A program made the position numbers and the translations under genes. Below the pieces are notes generated by a model, which saw only the letters and a list, made by a program, of their open reading frames with translations, made no database searches and was not told where the DNA came from. This document shows, piece after piece, positions 1 through 9,011 of a stretch of DNA of 46,196 nt; the stretch's first letter is position 1; each line of letters opens with the position of its first letter. The stretch covers positions 1 to 46,196 of the forward strand of contig CAWJAC010000003.1 in assembly GCA_963840745.1 (NCBI GenBank), read 5' to 3'. Source of the DNA: Candidatus Zambryskiibacteriota bacterium (GTDB taxonomy: Bacteria > Patescibacteriota > Minisyncoccia > Phycocordibacterales > WO2-35-19).

Positions 1-1
1 A

Positions 2-1874
2 TATTTCAGGGTTGATTTTGATTGGATAGTGAAATTTACTATAATTGAAATGGCAAAAATCTTGGTGGTATCTCCAGTGGAGGAAAGTATTACTATGCCC
101 TGGGCGACACTGCGAGATGTGGCCAATATGTGTTTTATATTTGTGCTTCTTTACGCCGCATTCAAAACAATGTTTGACACCAACTTTGGTAATTTCCAGA
201 CTACTATAAAAAATATAATAATAGTGGCTCTGCTTATAAATTTCAGCTTGTTTTTTTCAAAAATAGTTATTGACGCTTCAAATATTGTAGCTCTGGGTTT
301 TTATAACTCAATCACTTCTACTTCAAATCTCAGTATGGCCAATGCGGGTGGTACCAATGTTTCCACAACTAATACTGGTATATCCGCCGGATATATGAAT
401 CTTTTAGGTCTTCAAAGTTGGTACAGTCCAAACATTTTAACAAATGGAAACATGGGAGCTTTTCAGATATTAATCGTCGGGGTTATGGGTTCTGTATTCT
501 TACTTGTAACCGCAGTTATATTGCTTATAACTGCCATAATGTTTTTGGCTCGTTTCATTATCTTAATTTTCTTGATGATTCTTTCTCCTTTAGCTCTGAT
601 TGCTTATATTATCCCGGGGCAAAAGGATAATTTCACTAAATGGTGGAAAGCTTTGGTGGATCAATCATTTTTTGCTCCTATATTTTTTGCTTTAACTTGG
701 GTAGTTTTTAAACTGGCTTCAAATCCTAACTTTCTTGGAGCATTAAAACCAGCGGCTGGCACAGATTACACTTCGGTAGTAACCAAGCTTGATACTTCAG
801 CCGCTGCTCTTGTCTTAAACTATGTTCTAGTTATAGGTTTCTCCATCGCCGCTCTCATCTTCGCCAAACAAATGGCAAGCAAAACAGCCGGGTTTAAAAC
901 TATTGAGCGGAGGCATAGGCACCGCCGCTATCGGTGGCGGCGCTTTGGCGGGGAGAAATACTATTGGCAGAGCATCCAGTTTGATATCCGAAACTCAAAG
1001 AGAGAAATGGTCCAAAATCATCAGCTGGCAGAGCCGGGCTTTGGCTGGCAAATAAAGGTGGTAAAGCCAGTTATGATGCGCGTGGCCTGGCCGAGACGAA
1101 ACTGGGTAAAGCAACCGGAGCCAGTGCTGTTATGGGAATAGCGGGCAAAACTAGCGGCAAAGGAGGATTTAATCAGGCATTAGAAAGATAAGGCCAAAGC
1201 AAAAGCTAAATATGCCAAAGAAGTTTATGGGCAGACAGGGACGGAAAAGGAAAAAGCTGGAAATCTTGAAAATGAATACAAAAACAAGGACAAGGAATAT
1301 GATATTGCAAGAAAATCAGAAGAAACAAGGATCAGGAATGAAAGAACAGCGAAGACACTAGGAGCAAAGGATGAAATGGAGAAAGCGAAAAAAGAATTCG
1401 AAGTAAAGAGCACTTCAACACTTGAATACGCAGGCAAGAAAGAAGACATTGAGGCGGCCAGAGTAAAAATGGAAGCCACACAAAAAACACACGCTTCGGC
1501 CATTGAAAAAGAAAAATCAAAAATTGAAGAAACTGATTACAGTGAAGCCACTAAAACCCTAAAAACAGAGGCAGACACCAGGAAACAAGCCTGGGAAAAG
1601 GTTAAAAATGCTGGTGCAGAAAGACAAAGATCTTATGCTGGAAGATTGGACGAAGGATTGCCTGGAACAAGATGGCTCGGTCGTTTTCAACCGAATCAGG
1701 GTTATAAAGAGGCTGCAAGAAAAGTAAGAGAGCAAGCTAAAGGAAAATCACCTAACGAAAAAGCGGCTGATATATTGAAGGAAATGAAAGAAGCAGAGGA
1801 CAAAGAGAGAGGAGCGGCGGAGGAGAGAAGAGGAAGAATCAAAAGAGGAAAAGAAGGAGGAAAAAACAACTTAA
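2..1874 (+). pseudogene. TrbL/VirB6-like polytopic T4SS membrane protein; open at the window edge, frame broken at least 3 times, with a K/E/G-rich tail
   Basis: Frame 2 is open from nt 2, before the GTG at 29. It encodes several hydrophobic helices (e.g. ILIVGVMGSVFLLVTAVILLITAIMFLARFIILIFLMILSPLALIAYIIPG). After about nt 896 the tracked frame becomes R/H/W-rich nonsense. Frame 0 then reads LLSGGIGTAAIGGGALAGRNTIGRASSLISETQREKWSK. Frame 1 from about 1018 reads SSAGRAGLWLANKGGKASYDARGLAETKLGKATGASAVMGIAGKTSGKGGFNQALE. Frame 2 resumes from 1184 with KDKAKAKAKYAKEVYGQTGTEKEK and runs into tracked ORF 1376..2464. The 3' end is uncertain: frame 0 has a stop at 1872-1874. Confidence 0.55.
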
Positions 1875-1879
1875 ATAGT

Positions 1880-2464
1880 ATGGATTATAAAGAAACAATA
1901 AAAGAAAGGTTGGATATATTATCTCCGGAGTTGAGAGCTTTTGTTTTAGATGAAAACTGGAGAAGAGAAGCCGAGAAAATTGGTAAGCAATTTAATTTAA
2001 ATGAAGAAAAGTACGCTTCATTTGAAAACGAGGTCTTTCTCGTTCTTTTGTGTTTTGAACCCAAAACTGATTTTGCAGAAAATATAAAAAGAGAATTGGA
2101 AATAGATAACAATATGGCGGGGTGGATTGCCGAAGATGTAAATAAAAATATTTTCAGCAAGGTTACAATTGAAATTGACTTAATGTGGCAAGCAACAGGA
2201 CAAGAGAGGGAAGTGGAAATTGAAGAAGAACCAAAAGAAACCGCTCAACAAAATAACGTGGGGCTTGCCCCGCATAGCGAAAGCGGCGTGGGGGGAAGTT
2301 TCGAACAAATAATTTTAAATCAGACAAAAGCTATGATGCCAGCGAGACCGGCAAGCGAAGTTCCAAATAATTTACCAACTAGTGAACAAAAAACGGAAGA
2401 GACACCCAAAGTCATACATAATTACACTAAAGAGGATGACCCGTATCGTGAACCAATAGAGTAG
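1880..2464 (+). CDS. Hypothetical protein (MDYKETIKERLDILSPELRAFVLDENW... ending DPYREPIE); may be independent or fused to the upstream K/E-rich tail
   Basis: An in-frame ATG at 1880 lies inside tracked ORF 1376..2464. Sequence character changes here from a low-complexity K/E/R tail to a globular-looking domain. All three frames are open in the purine-rich stretch 1800-1875, so the boundary cannot be fixed from sequence alone. Confidence 0.4.
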   Translation: MDYKETIKERLDILSPELRAFVLDENWRREAEKIGKQFNLNEEKYASFENEVFLVLLCFEPKTDFAENIKRELEIDNNMAGWIAEDVNKNIFSKVTIEIDLMWQATGQEREVEIEEEPKETAQQNNVGLAPHSESGVGGSFEQIILNQTKAMMPARPASEVPNNLPTSEQKTEETPKVIHNYTKEDDPYREPIE

Positions 2465-2490
2465 TTATCCACAGATTATAGTATAATTTG

Positions 2491-2519
2491 TTGACTTAAC
2501 TCCACAAATTTGATAGTAT
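2491..2519 (+). promoter_or_regulatory. Sigma70-like promoter candidate for the AAA+ ATPase gene
   Basis: TTGACT (2491-2496), a 17-nt spacer, then TAGTAT (2514-2519), about 29 nt upstream of the ATG at 2548. Confidence 0.4.
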
Positions 2520-2547
2520 TTTAGTACTTGTTAATTAATTATAAAAT

Positions 2548-3678
2548 ATGTTCCAAAGAACCTTAAAAAATAACATTGTAAACAATTTTAAGAACGGGTT
2601 TGCAACTATAATTTATGGAGCCAGAAGGGTCGGGAAGACAGTTATTTTAGAACAGATAAAACAATCTTTAAAAGAAGAAAGGATTCTATTTTTTAATGGT
2701 GACACTCAAGAATCAATAGACGCCCTCAATACCAATTCAGAAATCAAGTTATCTTCTTTGGTTGAAAATTACGATGTCATTTTTATAGACGAAGCGCAAA
2801 AAATACCAAATATTACTTTGGCGGTAAAAATTATTCTTGACAAATTTCCGTTAAAAAAAATTATTATTACCGGCTCTTCATCTCTTCAACTTGTGGCCGG
2901 CGCAAAGGAAAATTTAACCGGCCGAAATTATTCCCACAATCTATATCCTCTCAGCACTAGGGAATTGGGACAGGACTTGCCGGAATTTAAAATTCCGGCC
3001 CTGCTTGACGACCAATTAATTTTCGGTGGTTATCCCTTTGTTTATTCTCTGGGAACAAAAAAAGAAAAAGAAAAATATTTGTTACAAATAGTTGAGGACT
3101 ATCTTTTTAAAGATATTCTGATGCTAGAAAACTTAGAACATCCGGAATCATTCAAAAAATTAGCCATTTTACTGGCTTATCAGATTGGCAATGAAGTTTC
3201 GTTGAATGAATTGAGCAACAGTCTAGGTATTAGCGTCAAAACAGTTTCCCGTTATTTGGATCTATTGGAAAAGAGTTTTGTTATTTTTCATTTAGATGCT
3301 TATTCCACTAATTTAAGAAATGAGGTTAGTAAAAATAAAAAATATTATTTTTTTGATCTAGGCATAAGAAACGCTTTGATTGAACAGTTTCAGCCTATTT
3401 CTGTTAGGGCGGATGTCGGCTATCTTTGGGAAAACTTTCTTATTGTTGAAAGAATGAAAAAAATCGAGTATGAGGGAAATGTTTTAAGAAGATATTTTTG
3501 GAGAAATTATTCCGGGGCAGAAGTAGATATGATTGAAATTGATGATAATAACATAGTGTCTGCTTTTGAATTCAAGTGGCGAAAAAACAAAGTAAAAACA
3601 CCAAAAAACTTCAAAGATAATTATGGGATTGAAACCAAGATTATTAACAATGAAAATTATCTGGATTTTATATTGTGA
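2548..3678 (+). CDS. AAA+ superfamily ATPase (COG1373 / DUF4143-type)
   Basis: Walker A GARRVGKT and Walker B VIFIDEAQ are present. The C-terminal part carries a wHTH-like segment (LNELSNSLGISVKTVSRYLDLLEKSF) and a nuclease-fold-like tail, as is typical of this family. Confidence 0.8.
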   Translation: MFQRTLKNNIVNNFKNGFATIIYGARRVGKTVILEQIKQSLKEERILFFNGDTQESIDALNTNSEIKLSSLVENYDVIFIDEAQKIPNITLAVKIILDKFPLKKIIITGSSSLQLVAGAKENLTGRNYSHNLYPLSTRELGQDLPEFKIPALLDDQLIFGGYPFVYSLGTKKEKEKYLLQIVEDYLFKDILMLENLEHPESFKKLAILLAYQIGNEVSLNELSNSLGISVKTVSRYLDLLEKSFVIFHLDAYSTNLRNEVSKNKKYYFFDLGIRNALIEQFQPISVRADVGYLWENFLIVERMKKIEYEGNVLRRYFWRNYSGAEVDMIEIDDNNIVSAFEFKWRKNKVKTPKNFKDNYGIETKIINNENYLDFIL

Positions 3679-3691
3679 TAAAATTATAAGA

Positions 3692-4147
3692 ATGAGATTT
3701 CAAATTCCACAATTTATAGATGTCGAGGATAAAATATTCGGGCCGTTTACGCTCAAGCAATTTATTTATTTGGCCGGAGGGGCATCTGCGGCAGTGATAG
3801 CTGTTTTATTTTTAGGCATATTTTTTGGTTTGCTGGTCTCCTTGCCAATCATTATTTTGGCTGCAGCTTTGGCTTTTTATAAAGTAAACAATCGGCCTTT
3901 TGTAAATATCTTGGAGTCAGCTTTCAAATATGCCATCAAAGATAAACTTTATATCTGGAATAAAAAAGAACCGGATGAAGGCGAGTCGGTCAAAGATCAA
4001 GCCTCAAGCGGGAAGTATAGTTCGCTTATAGTGCCAAATCTTTCAGGCAACAAACTTAAAGACATGAATTGGGAACTGGATGTGAAGAAAAGAGAGGACG
4101 AAGCATTAGCAGCTAGTAGCAAGCAGTCGGCAACTGGGTTAGAATAA
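3692..4147 (+). CDS. PrgI-family small membrane protein (Gram-positive-type T4SS component)
   Basis: MRFQIPQFIDVEDKIFGPFTLKQFIYLAGG is followed by two TM helices, the signature N-terminus of PrgI-like proteins. The ATG at 3692 is preferred over the tracked 3623 start, which overlaps the upstream gene. Confidence 0.7.
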   Translation: MRFQIPQFIDVEDKIFGPFTLKQFIYLAGGASAAVIAVLFLGIFFGLLVSLPIIILAAALAFYKVNNRPFVNILESAFKYAIKDKLYIWNKKEPDEGESVKDQASSGKYSSLIVPNLSGNKLKDMNWELDVKKREDEALAASSKQSATGLE

Positions 4148-4151
4148 AAGC

Positions 4152-4773
4152 ATGAGTAAAAAACGCAACTCAAGAATTTGTGCCGATAGACGATGTCAGA
4201 GATGGCATCGTAATGATGAAAGACGGCGGTATGAGGGGAATACTCATGGCCTCTTCCATAAATTTTGCCTTAAAATCAGATGACGAGAGGCAAGCTATCC
4301 TTTTACAATTTCAGGATTTTTTAAATTCTTTGGATTTCTCGGTCCAGATCGTCATCCAATCCAGAAGGCTTGATATCAGGCCTTATATCGCTCTCTTGGA
4401 TGGCAGATACAAAGAACAAACCAATGACCTGATGAGAATACAGATCGAACAATATATAGCCTTCGTCAAAAGCTTCACAGAAAGCACAAACATCATGACT
4501 AAAAACTTTTTTATAGTGATTCCATATGACGCGGCTATAATAAAGACCGGCAGCAAATTTTCACTCGGTCTTGGAAAGGAAAAGAGTCAGGAAACCAAAG
4601 AAGAAGATTTTGAAGAAAAGAAAAACCAACTGGAACAAAGGATGGAAGTGGTGGAGCAAGGACTCTCGCGTTGTGGAATAAGAGTAGCCAAGCTCGGCAC
4701 CGATGAAGTGATAGAATTGTTTTATAAGATATTTAATCCGGGCGAATCGGAAAAACCCATCAAAATAAATTAA
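4152..4773 (+). CDS. VirB4 N-terminal-domain-like protein; 5' end frameshifted in an A6 run
   Basis: ATG at 4152 (frame 0) reads MSKK, then the long ORF continues in frame 1. Removing one A from the run at 4158-4163 gives MSKNATQEFVPIDDVRDGIVMMKDGG. The body resembles the N-terminal region of the downstream VirB4 (compare APSALKVTAKEINLGEKVVRSFFVISYP). Confidence 0.55.
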
Positions 4774-6575
4774 ATGTTTGATTTTTTTAAAAAAAAGAAA
4801 AAAAAGAGAACTTAACGGCGATTTCCATATTACCCAAGACCATTACCGAAAGTTCTGAACTGGAATTGCGGGATATTTTGGCACCCAGCGCCCTAAAAGT
4901 AACCGCAAAGGAAATAAACTTGGGAGAAAAAGTGGTTAGAAGTTTTTTTGTCATTTCATATCCGAGATTTCTTTCCGAAGATTGGTTTTCGCCGATTATA
5001 AACATGGACAAAATGTTTGATATTTCAATTTTCATTCATCCACTTGAATCAGCAAAAATTTTAAGAACCTTTCAAAAAAAGGTGGCTGAAGTCCAAAGCC
5101 AAATCAGAATAAGAGAGGAAAAGGGACTAGTGCGGGATCCGATGCTTGACACTGCTTATGGGGATTTGGAAAATTTGCGCGACCAGCTTATGCAGGCCCA
5201 AGAAAAAATGTTTGAGGTCGGCCTTTACATCTCGGTTTATGCGGATAACAGCGAAGATTTGGACAAAGTTGAGTCTGAAATAAAATCAATCCTTGAGTCA
5301 AAAATGATTTATATTAAACCGGCCCTTTTTCAACAGGAGCAAGGTTTCCGCAGCATCTTGCCAACGGCCGAAGACCAGCTCATGGTCCATTCCAAAATAA
5401 ATTCTTCGCCTCTTTCCTCCATTTTTCCTTTCATTTCTTTTGACCTTACTTCGGATAAAGGCATTCTTTACGGCATCAATCGCCACAATTCAAGCCTTGT
5501 TCTCTTTGATAGATACTCATTGGAAAACTATAATTCTGTTATTTTTGCCAAAGCCGGCGCCGGCAAATCGTTCTGCACCAAGCTGGAAATTTTGAGAACT
5601 CTTATGTTCGATGCCGAAGTGATAGTGATCGACCCGGAAAACGAATACGAATACATGGCCGAAGCTGTCGGCGGCCGATACTTCAATATTTCTTTAAATT
5701 CCGACCATCATATAAATCCATTTGAACTTCCCATTCCGGCCGAAGACGAATCCACCGCCTCGGTTTTGAGATCCCAAATCATAAACCTGGTCGGTCTTTT
5801 CAGAATTATGATGGGAGGTCTTTCAGCCGAAGAAGACGCCATTATAGACCGAGCCATTACAGAGACTTACGCGCTTAAAGACATCACTGTCGATTCCGAT
5901 TTTAAAAATGTAGAACCACCGCTTCTTTCCGATTTTGAAATGGTGCTTTCGGGCATGGAAGGGGGAGAATCTTTGGCCCAAAGATTGACCAAATATACCA
6001 AAGGCACTTGGTCAAACTTCATAAACCAACCATCAAACGTAGACATCAATAAAAAATTCGTGGTTTTCTCCATACGAGACATGGAAGACGAACTCAAGCC
6101 GGTCGCTATGTATATTGTTACCCACTATATTTGGAACGCCATCAGAAGAGAACTTAAAAAAAGACTTCTGGTAATTGACGAAGCGTGGTGGATGATGAGA
6201 TCTGAAGATACGGCTTCCTTCCTGCTTTCGCTGGCCAAAAGAGGCAGAAAATATTATTTGGGACTGGCAACTATCACTCAAGATGTGGAAGATTTCTTAA
6301 AATCCCCGTACGGCACTCCGATTATTTCAAACTCTTCCATTCAAATTCTGCTCAAACAGTCTCCAACAGTCGTTGATAAACTGCAGCAAGTCTTCAATCT
6401 GACCAATGAGGAAAAATATCTGCTTTTGGAATCAGGGGTAGGGGAGGGTATCTTTTTTGCCGGCCTCAAACATGTGGCCATCAAAATAATCGCCTCCTAC
6501 ACCGAAGAGCAAATCATCACTTCCGACCCTTCCCAAATTTTGGCGATGAAAAAGCAGAAGCAGGAACAGAAATAA
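4774..6575 (+). CDS. virB4: VirB4/TrsE/PrgJ-family T4SS ATPase; 5' end frameshifted in an A8-G-A8 tract
   Basis: Walker A AKAGAGKSF and Walker B LLVIDEAWWM are present. ATG at 4774 reads MFDFFKKKKKKR and hits a stop at 4813. The main ORF frame is open from 4791 and reads NLTAISILPKTITESSELELRDILAPSALKV. A frame shift within 4789-4806 joins the two. Confidence 0.85.
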
Positions 6576-6578
6576 AAT

Positions 6579-7019
6579 ATGGACGAAACATCTCCACAAA
6601 CACAAAACAAAACACCTTTAAGGAGACCGGTTCAACAGATACAGGTTGAGGAAGAAAAAAGAGAAAGAATAAGCAAAGCGATGGGCGCCATGATGGTTAT
6701 TGTGGCCGCTTGCATAGATATCTTTGAGGCAATACTAGATATTTTACTCATAGGAGAGATTTTGAGCCCTATTATTTCAGTCTGTGCCGATGTTGGTTTT
6801 TGGATTTGGTTTAAAATACTCGGAGTGGGCTTTACCAAAAATCCAAAGAATCTCGCGGCTATGGGCATTCAAGCCCTAATCGGTATTACACCGGGCCTTG
6901 ATATCTTACCAGAATTGACTTTGGGTGTTTTGGTCATTGTCCTCACCACTCGCTCCGAAGATAAAGGCGGTCTTCTTGGCAAAGCGGCCAGCATGGCTCA
7001 AGGAAAAACAAAACAGTAA
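6579..7019 (+). CDS. Small integral membrane protein, hypothetical (T4SS-cluster associated)
   Basis: The ORF starts 3 nt after virB4 and contains about three hydrophobic helices. No recognisable motif. Confidence 0.6.
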   Translation: MDETSPQTQNKTPLRRPVQQIQVEEEKRERISKAMGAMMVIVAACIDIFEAILDILLIGEILSPIISVCADVGFWIWFKILGVGFTKNPKNLAAMGIQALIGITPGLDILPELTLGVLVIVLTTRSEDKGGLLGKAASMAQGKTKQ

Positions 7020-7066
7020 TCAACAATCAGAGAATTATAGACAAAGGAAATGGTATAATAGAAAAA

Positions 7067-8080
7067 ATGCTCAGCAAGTTTATAAAATTTTTGACGATGG
7101 CAAGTATTTGTTTGGCGGTTTTGCCGTTTGTTTCATCCGCTCAAACGAACGTGAATGTCAACGTGCCTTACGCCCTCTCCAATGAATTAGGAGTTGAAAT
7201 TATTCCGGATTATCCAAGACCAAACGAAATAGTTTCTATAAATCTCACTCTCTATACCGATGATTTAAATTCTGCCGATATCACATGGTATCAAGACGGC
7301 AAGGCAGTCCTGAACGGCAAAGGAGAAACTAAATATTCGTTCAAGACCGGTTCTATCGGGCAGGAGACAAAAATAGAAATAAGAATCAAGCTTTTGAGCG
7401 GTGCTTCTTTTTCAAAAACTTTAACCTTAAATCCGGCCAGTGTTGATGTGGTCTGGGAAGCCGAATCTTACGTGCCGCCGTTTTATGAGGGTAAGGCCCT
7501 GCATCCAAAACAAGGCATTTTAAAGCTTGTGGCCATGCCAGAGTTTGTCAAAGATGGTAAAAGAATATCACCTCAAAATTTAATTTATGAATGGTCAAAC
7601 GGCATAAACGTTTACCAAGATCAAAGCGGTTATGGCAAAAATGTTGTGACTCTGAATGGATCGTTGCTCGGTAGAGAAGAAAACATAAAAGTTTTAGTGA
7701 CCGATCCGGTAAATAACTTGGTTGCTCAAGGTCTTGTTGATATCACTCCGGTTGATCCAGAAATAGTTTTTTACCAAAATGACCCGTATTACGGTAATAT
7801 TTTTGATGAAGGGCTAGTCGGCTCATTTAATTTAAAAAATGACGAAGTGCAAATTTTGGCGGCGCCATATTATTTCACCAAGGAGGAAAGCGGCCTATTG
7901 CAATATACGTGGCAGTTAAACGGCCAAGAAGTGCCCTTTCTTTCCGGTTCAATGACCGCTATCTTTAAAAAACCGGAGGATAAAACGGGAGGCATATCCA
8001 ATATCTCTTTGCAAGTTGAAAATTCAAACAGGATACTGCAGCAAGCCGACGGCAGCTTACAAATAAATCTTGGCAATTAA
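7067..8080 (+). CDS. Secreted hypothetical protein
   Basis: N-terminal signal peptide (MASICLAVLPFVSSAQT) followed by a beta-rich sequence. Its stop abuts the next start at 8081. Confidence 0.6.
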   Translation: MLSKFIKFLTMASICLAVLPFVSSAQTNVNVNVPYALSNELGVEIIPDYPRPNEIVSINLTLYTDDLNSADITWYQDGKAVLNGKGETKYSFKTGSIGQETKIEIRIKLLSGASFSKTLTLNPASVDVVWEAESYVPPFYEGKALHPKQGILKLVAMPEFVKDGKRISPQNLIYEWSNGINVYQDQSGYGKNVVTLNGSLLGREENIKVLVTDPVNNLVAQGLVDITPVDPEIVFYQNDPYYGNIFDEGLVGSFNLKNDEVQILAAPYYFTKEESGLLQYTWQLNGQEVPFLSGSMTAIFKKPEDKTGGISNISLQVENSNRILQQADGSLQINLGN

Positions 8081-9007
8081 ATGAAAAAAATAATTTTAAA
8101 AATCGGAATACTGGCGATACTAACTATGATTATTTTTCCAGTAATACAAATTTCGGCTCAAACCACGAGTTATGTTCCTTTGGCTCCACTACCGGGCACA
8201 TTACCGGTTGGCACCGGTGAGACCAATCTTCAAACGTATCTACCTGGGCTTTTTAATCTATTAATTGGCCTTGCGGCTGTGGCCGCGGTGCTCAATATTG
8301 TTATTGGCGGATTCCAATATATGTCTTCCGACGCTATACAGGGTAAAAGCGCCGGCAAAGAAAGGATAAAAAATGCCATACTTAGTTTGGTCTTGATTAT
8401 TGCCGCTTGGCTTATTCTCTACACCATCAATCCAAATCTTCTGAACCTAAATTTAAACATATCAGCAGTCACCACCACCGCTCCAGCCGCAGTAGGGGCA
8501 GGAGGAGCATCTGTAAGTGTTATTGACCGTACGAACGTAAACCTAAATACTACTGACCAATTGTTGACCGAAAATCAAGCATCAGCAACATTGACTGGTA
8601 ACGGATTTACATTCAGCTCAACGGGTAACTGTACTGACCCCACAAACGCAAACTGTACTTCTGTTGCCGGAATGCATTCCGATACGGTCGCCGGACTGGA
8701 TGCCTTAAAAACAACCTGCGGGACCGCTTGTGGCCAACTTGCTATTACAGGAGGCACCGAAACTGGCCACTCTTGCTACGACCCAGCGACATGCCTATCT
8801 CACCAATCAGGATTCAAAGCCGACGTTTCTAACACGCAGGGCAACGGAGCAGCTTTTCAAAATTTTATAGGCCAGCAGGTTCAGGCACAAGATAATGTTT
8901 CTATGACAACAAATGGGTTTTATAACATTTCGGTGGGCGGTTTTAACTACCAAGTCCATCCCGAAGGAGATCATATAGATATAACTGTTATCCCCAAAAC
9001 ATCATAA
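8081..9007 (+). CDS. T4SS-pilin-like (TrbC/VirB2-type) protein fused to a C-terminal LAS/peptidase-M15-like domain
   Basis: Signal peptide, then YVPLAPLPG...LIGLAAVAAVLNIVIGGFQYMSS...GKERIKNAILSLVLIIAAWLILYTINPNLL, a two-helix pilin-like module. The C-terminal roughly 150 aa contain ITGGTE, SHQSGFKAD (H-x6-D) and GDHIDI, matching zinc-ligand motifs of M15/LAS peptidases. Confidence 0.6.
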   Translation: MKKIILKIGILAILTMIIFPVIQISAQTTSYVPLAPLPGTLPVGTGETNLQTYLPGLFNLLIGLAAVAAVLNIVIGGFQYMSSDAIQGKSAGKERIKNAILSLVLIIAAWLILYTINPNLLNLNLNISAVTTTAPAAVGAGGASVSVIDRTNVNLNTTDQLLTENQASATLTGNGFTFSSTGNCTDPTNANCTSVAGMHSDTVAGLDALKTTCGTACGQLAITGGTETGHSCYDPATCLSHQSGFKADVSNTQGNGAAFQNFIGQQVQAQDNVSMTTNGFYNISVGGFNYQVHPEGDHIDITVIPKTS

Positions 9008-9011
9008 TAAA

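Noticed and set aside
2465-2473. Perfect DnaA boxes TTATCCACA at 2465-2473 and, on the other strand, TGTGGATAA at 17997-18005, as possible additional origins.
   Set aside because: Both are isolated single 9-mers. One lies inside the ruvC coding sequence, and neither has an adjacent AT-rich unwinding region or a box cluster. One or two chance occurrences in 92 kb of two-stranded AT-rich sequence are not surprising.
3623-3691. Tracked upstream extensions of PrgI (3623), the lipoprotein (21982), ruvC (18530), ruvA (31768) and rpsT (31738).
   Set aside because: The extensions overlap neighbouring genes or add non-conserved residues before the canonical N-termini (MRFQIPQFID, MKNNGF.., MQNKNIILGID, MFGHITGKI, MPITSSAKKA). 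The internal starts were chosen instead.
4789-4806. Programmed ribosomal frameshifting or transcriptional slippage at the A-runs in virB4, the VirB4-N-like gene and tyrS.
   Set aside because: Several breaks occur at short runs or outside homopolymers altogether (896-899, about 17180, about 32666, about 40945). No slippery heptamer with a downstream structure is seen. The distribution looks like random indel error. The possibility remains listed as a minor alternative in the frameshift finding.
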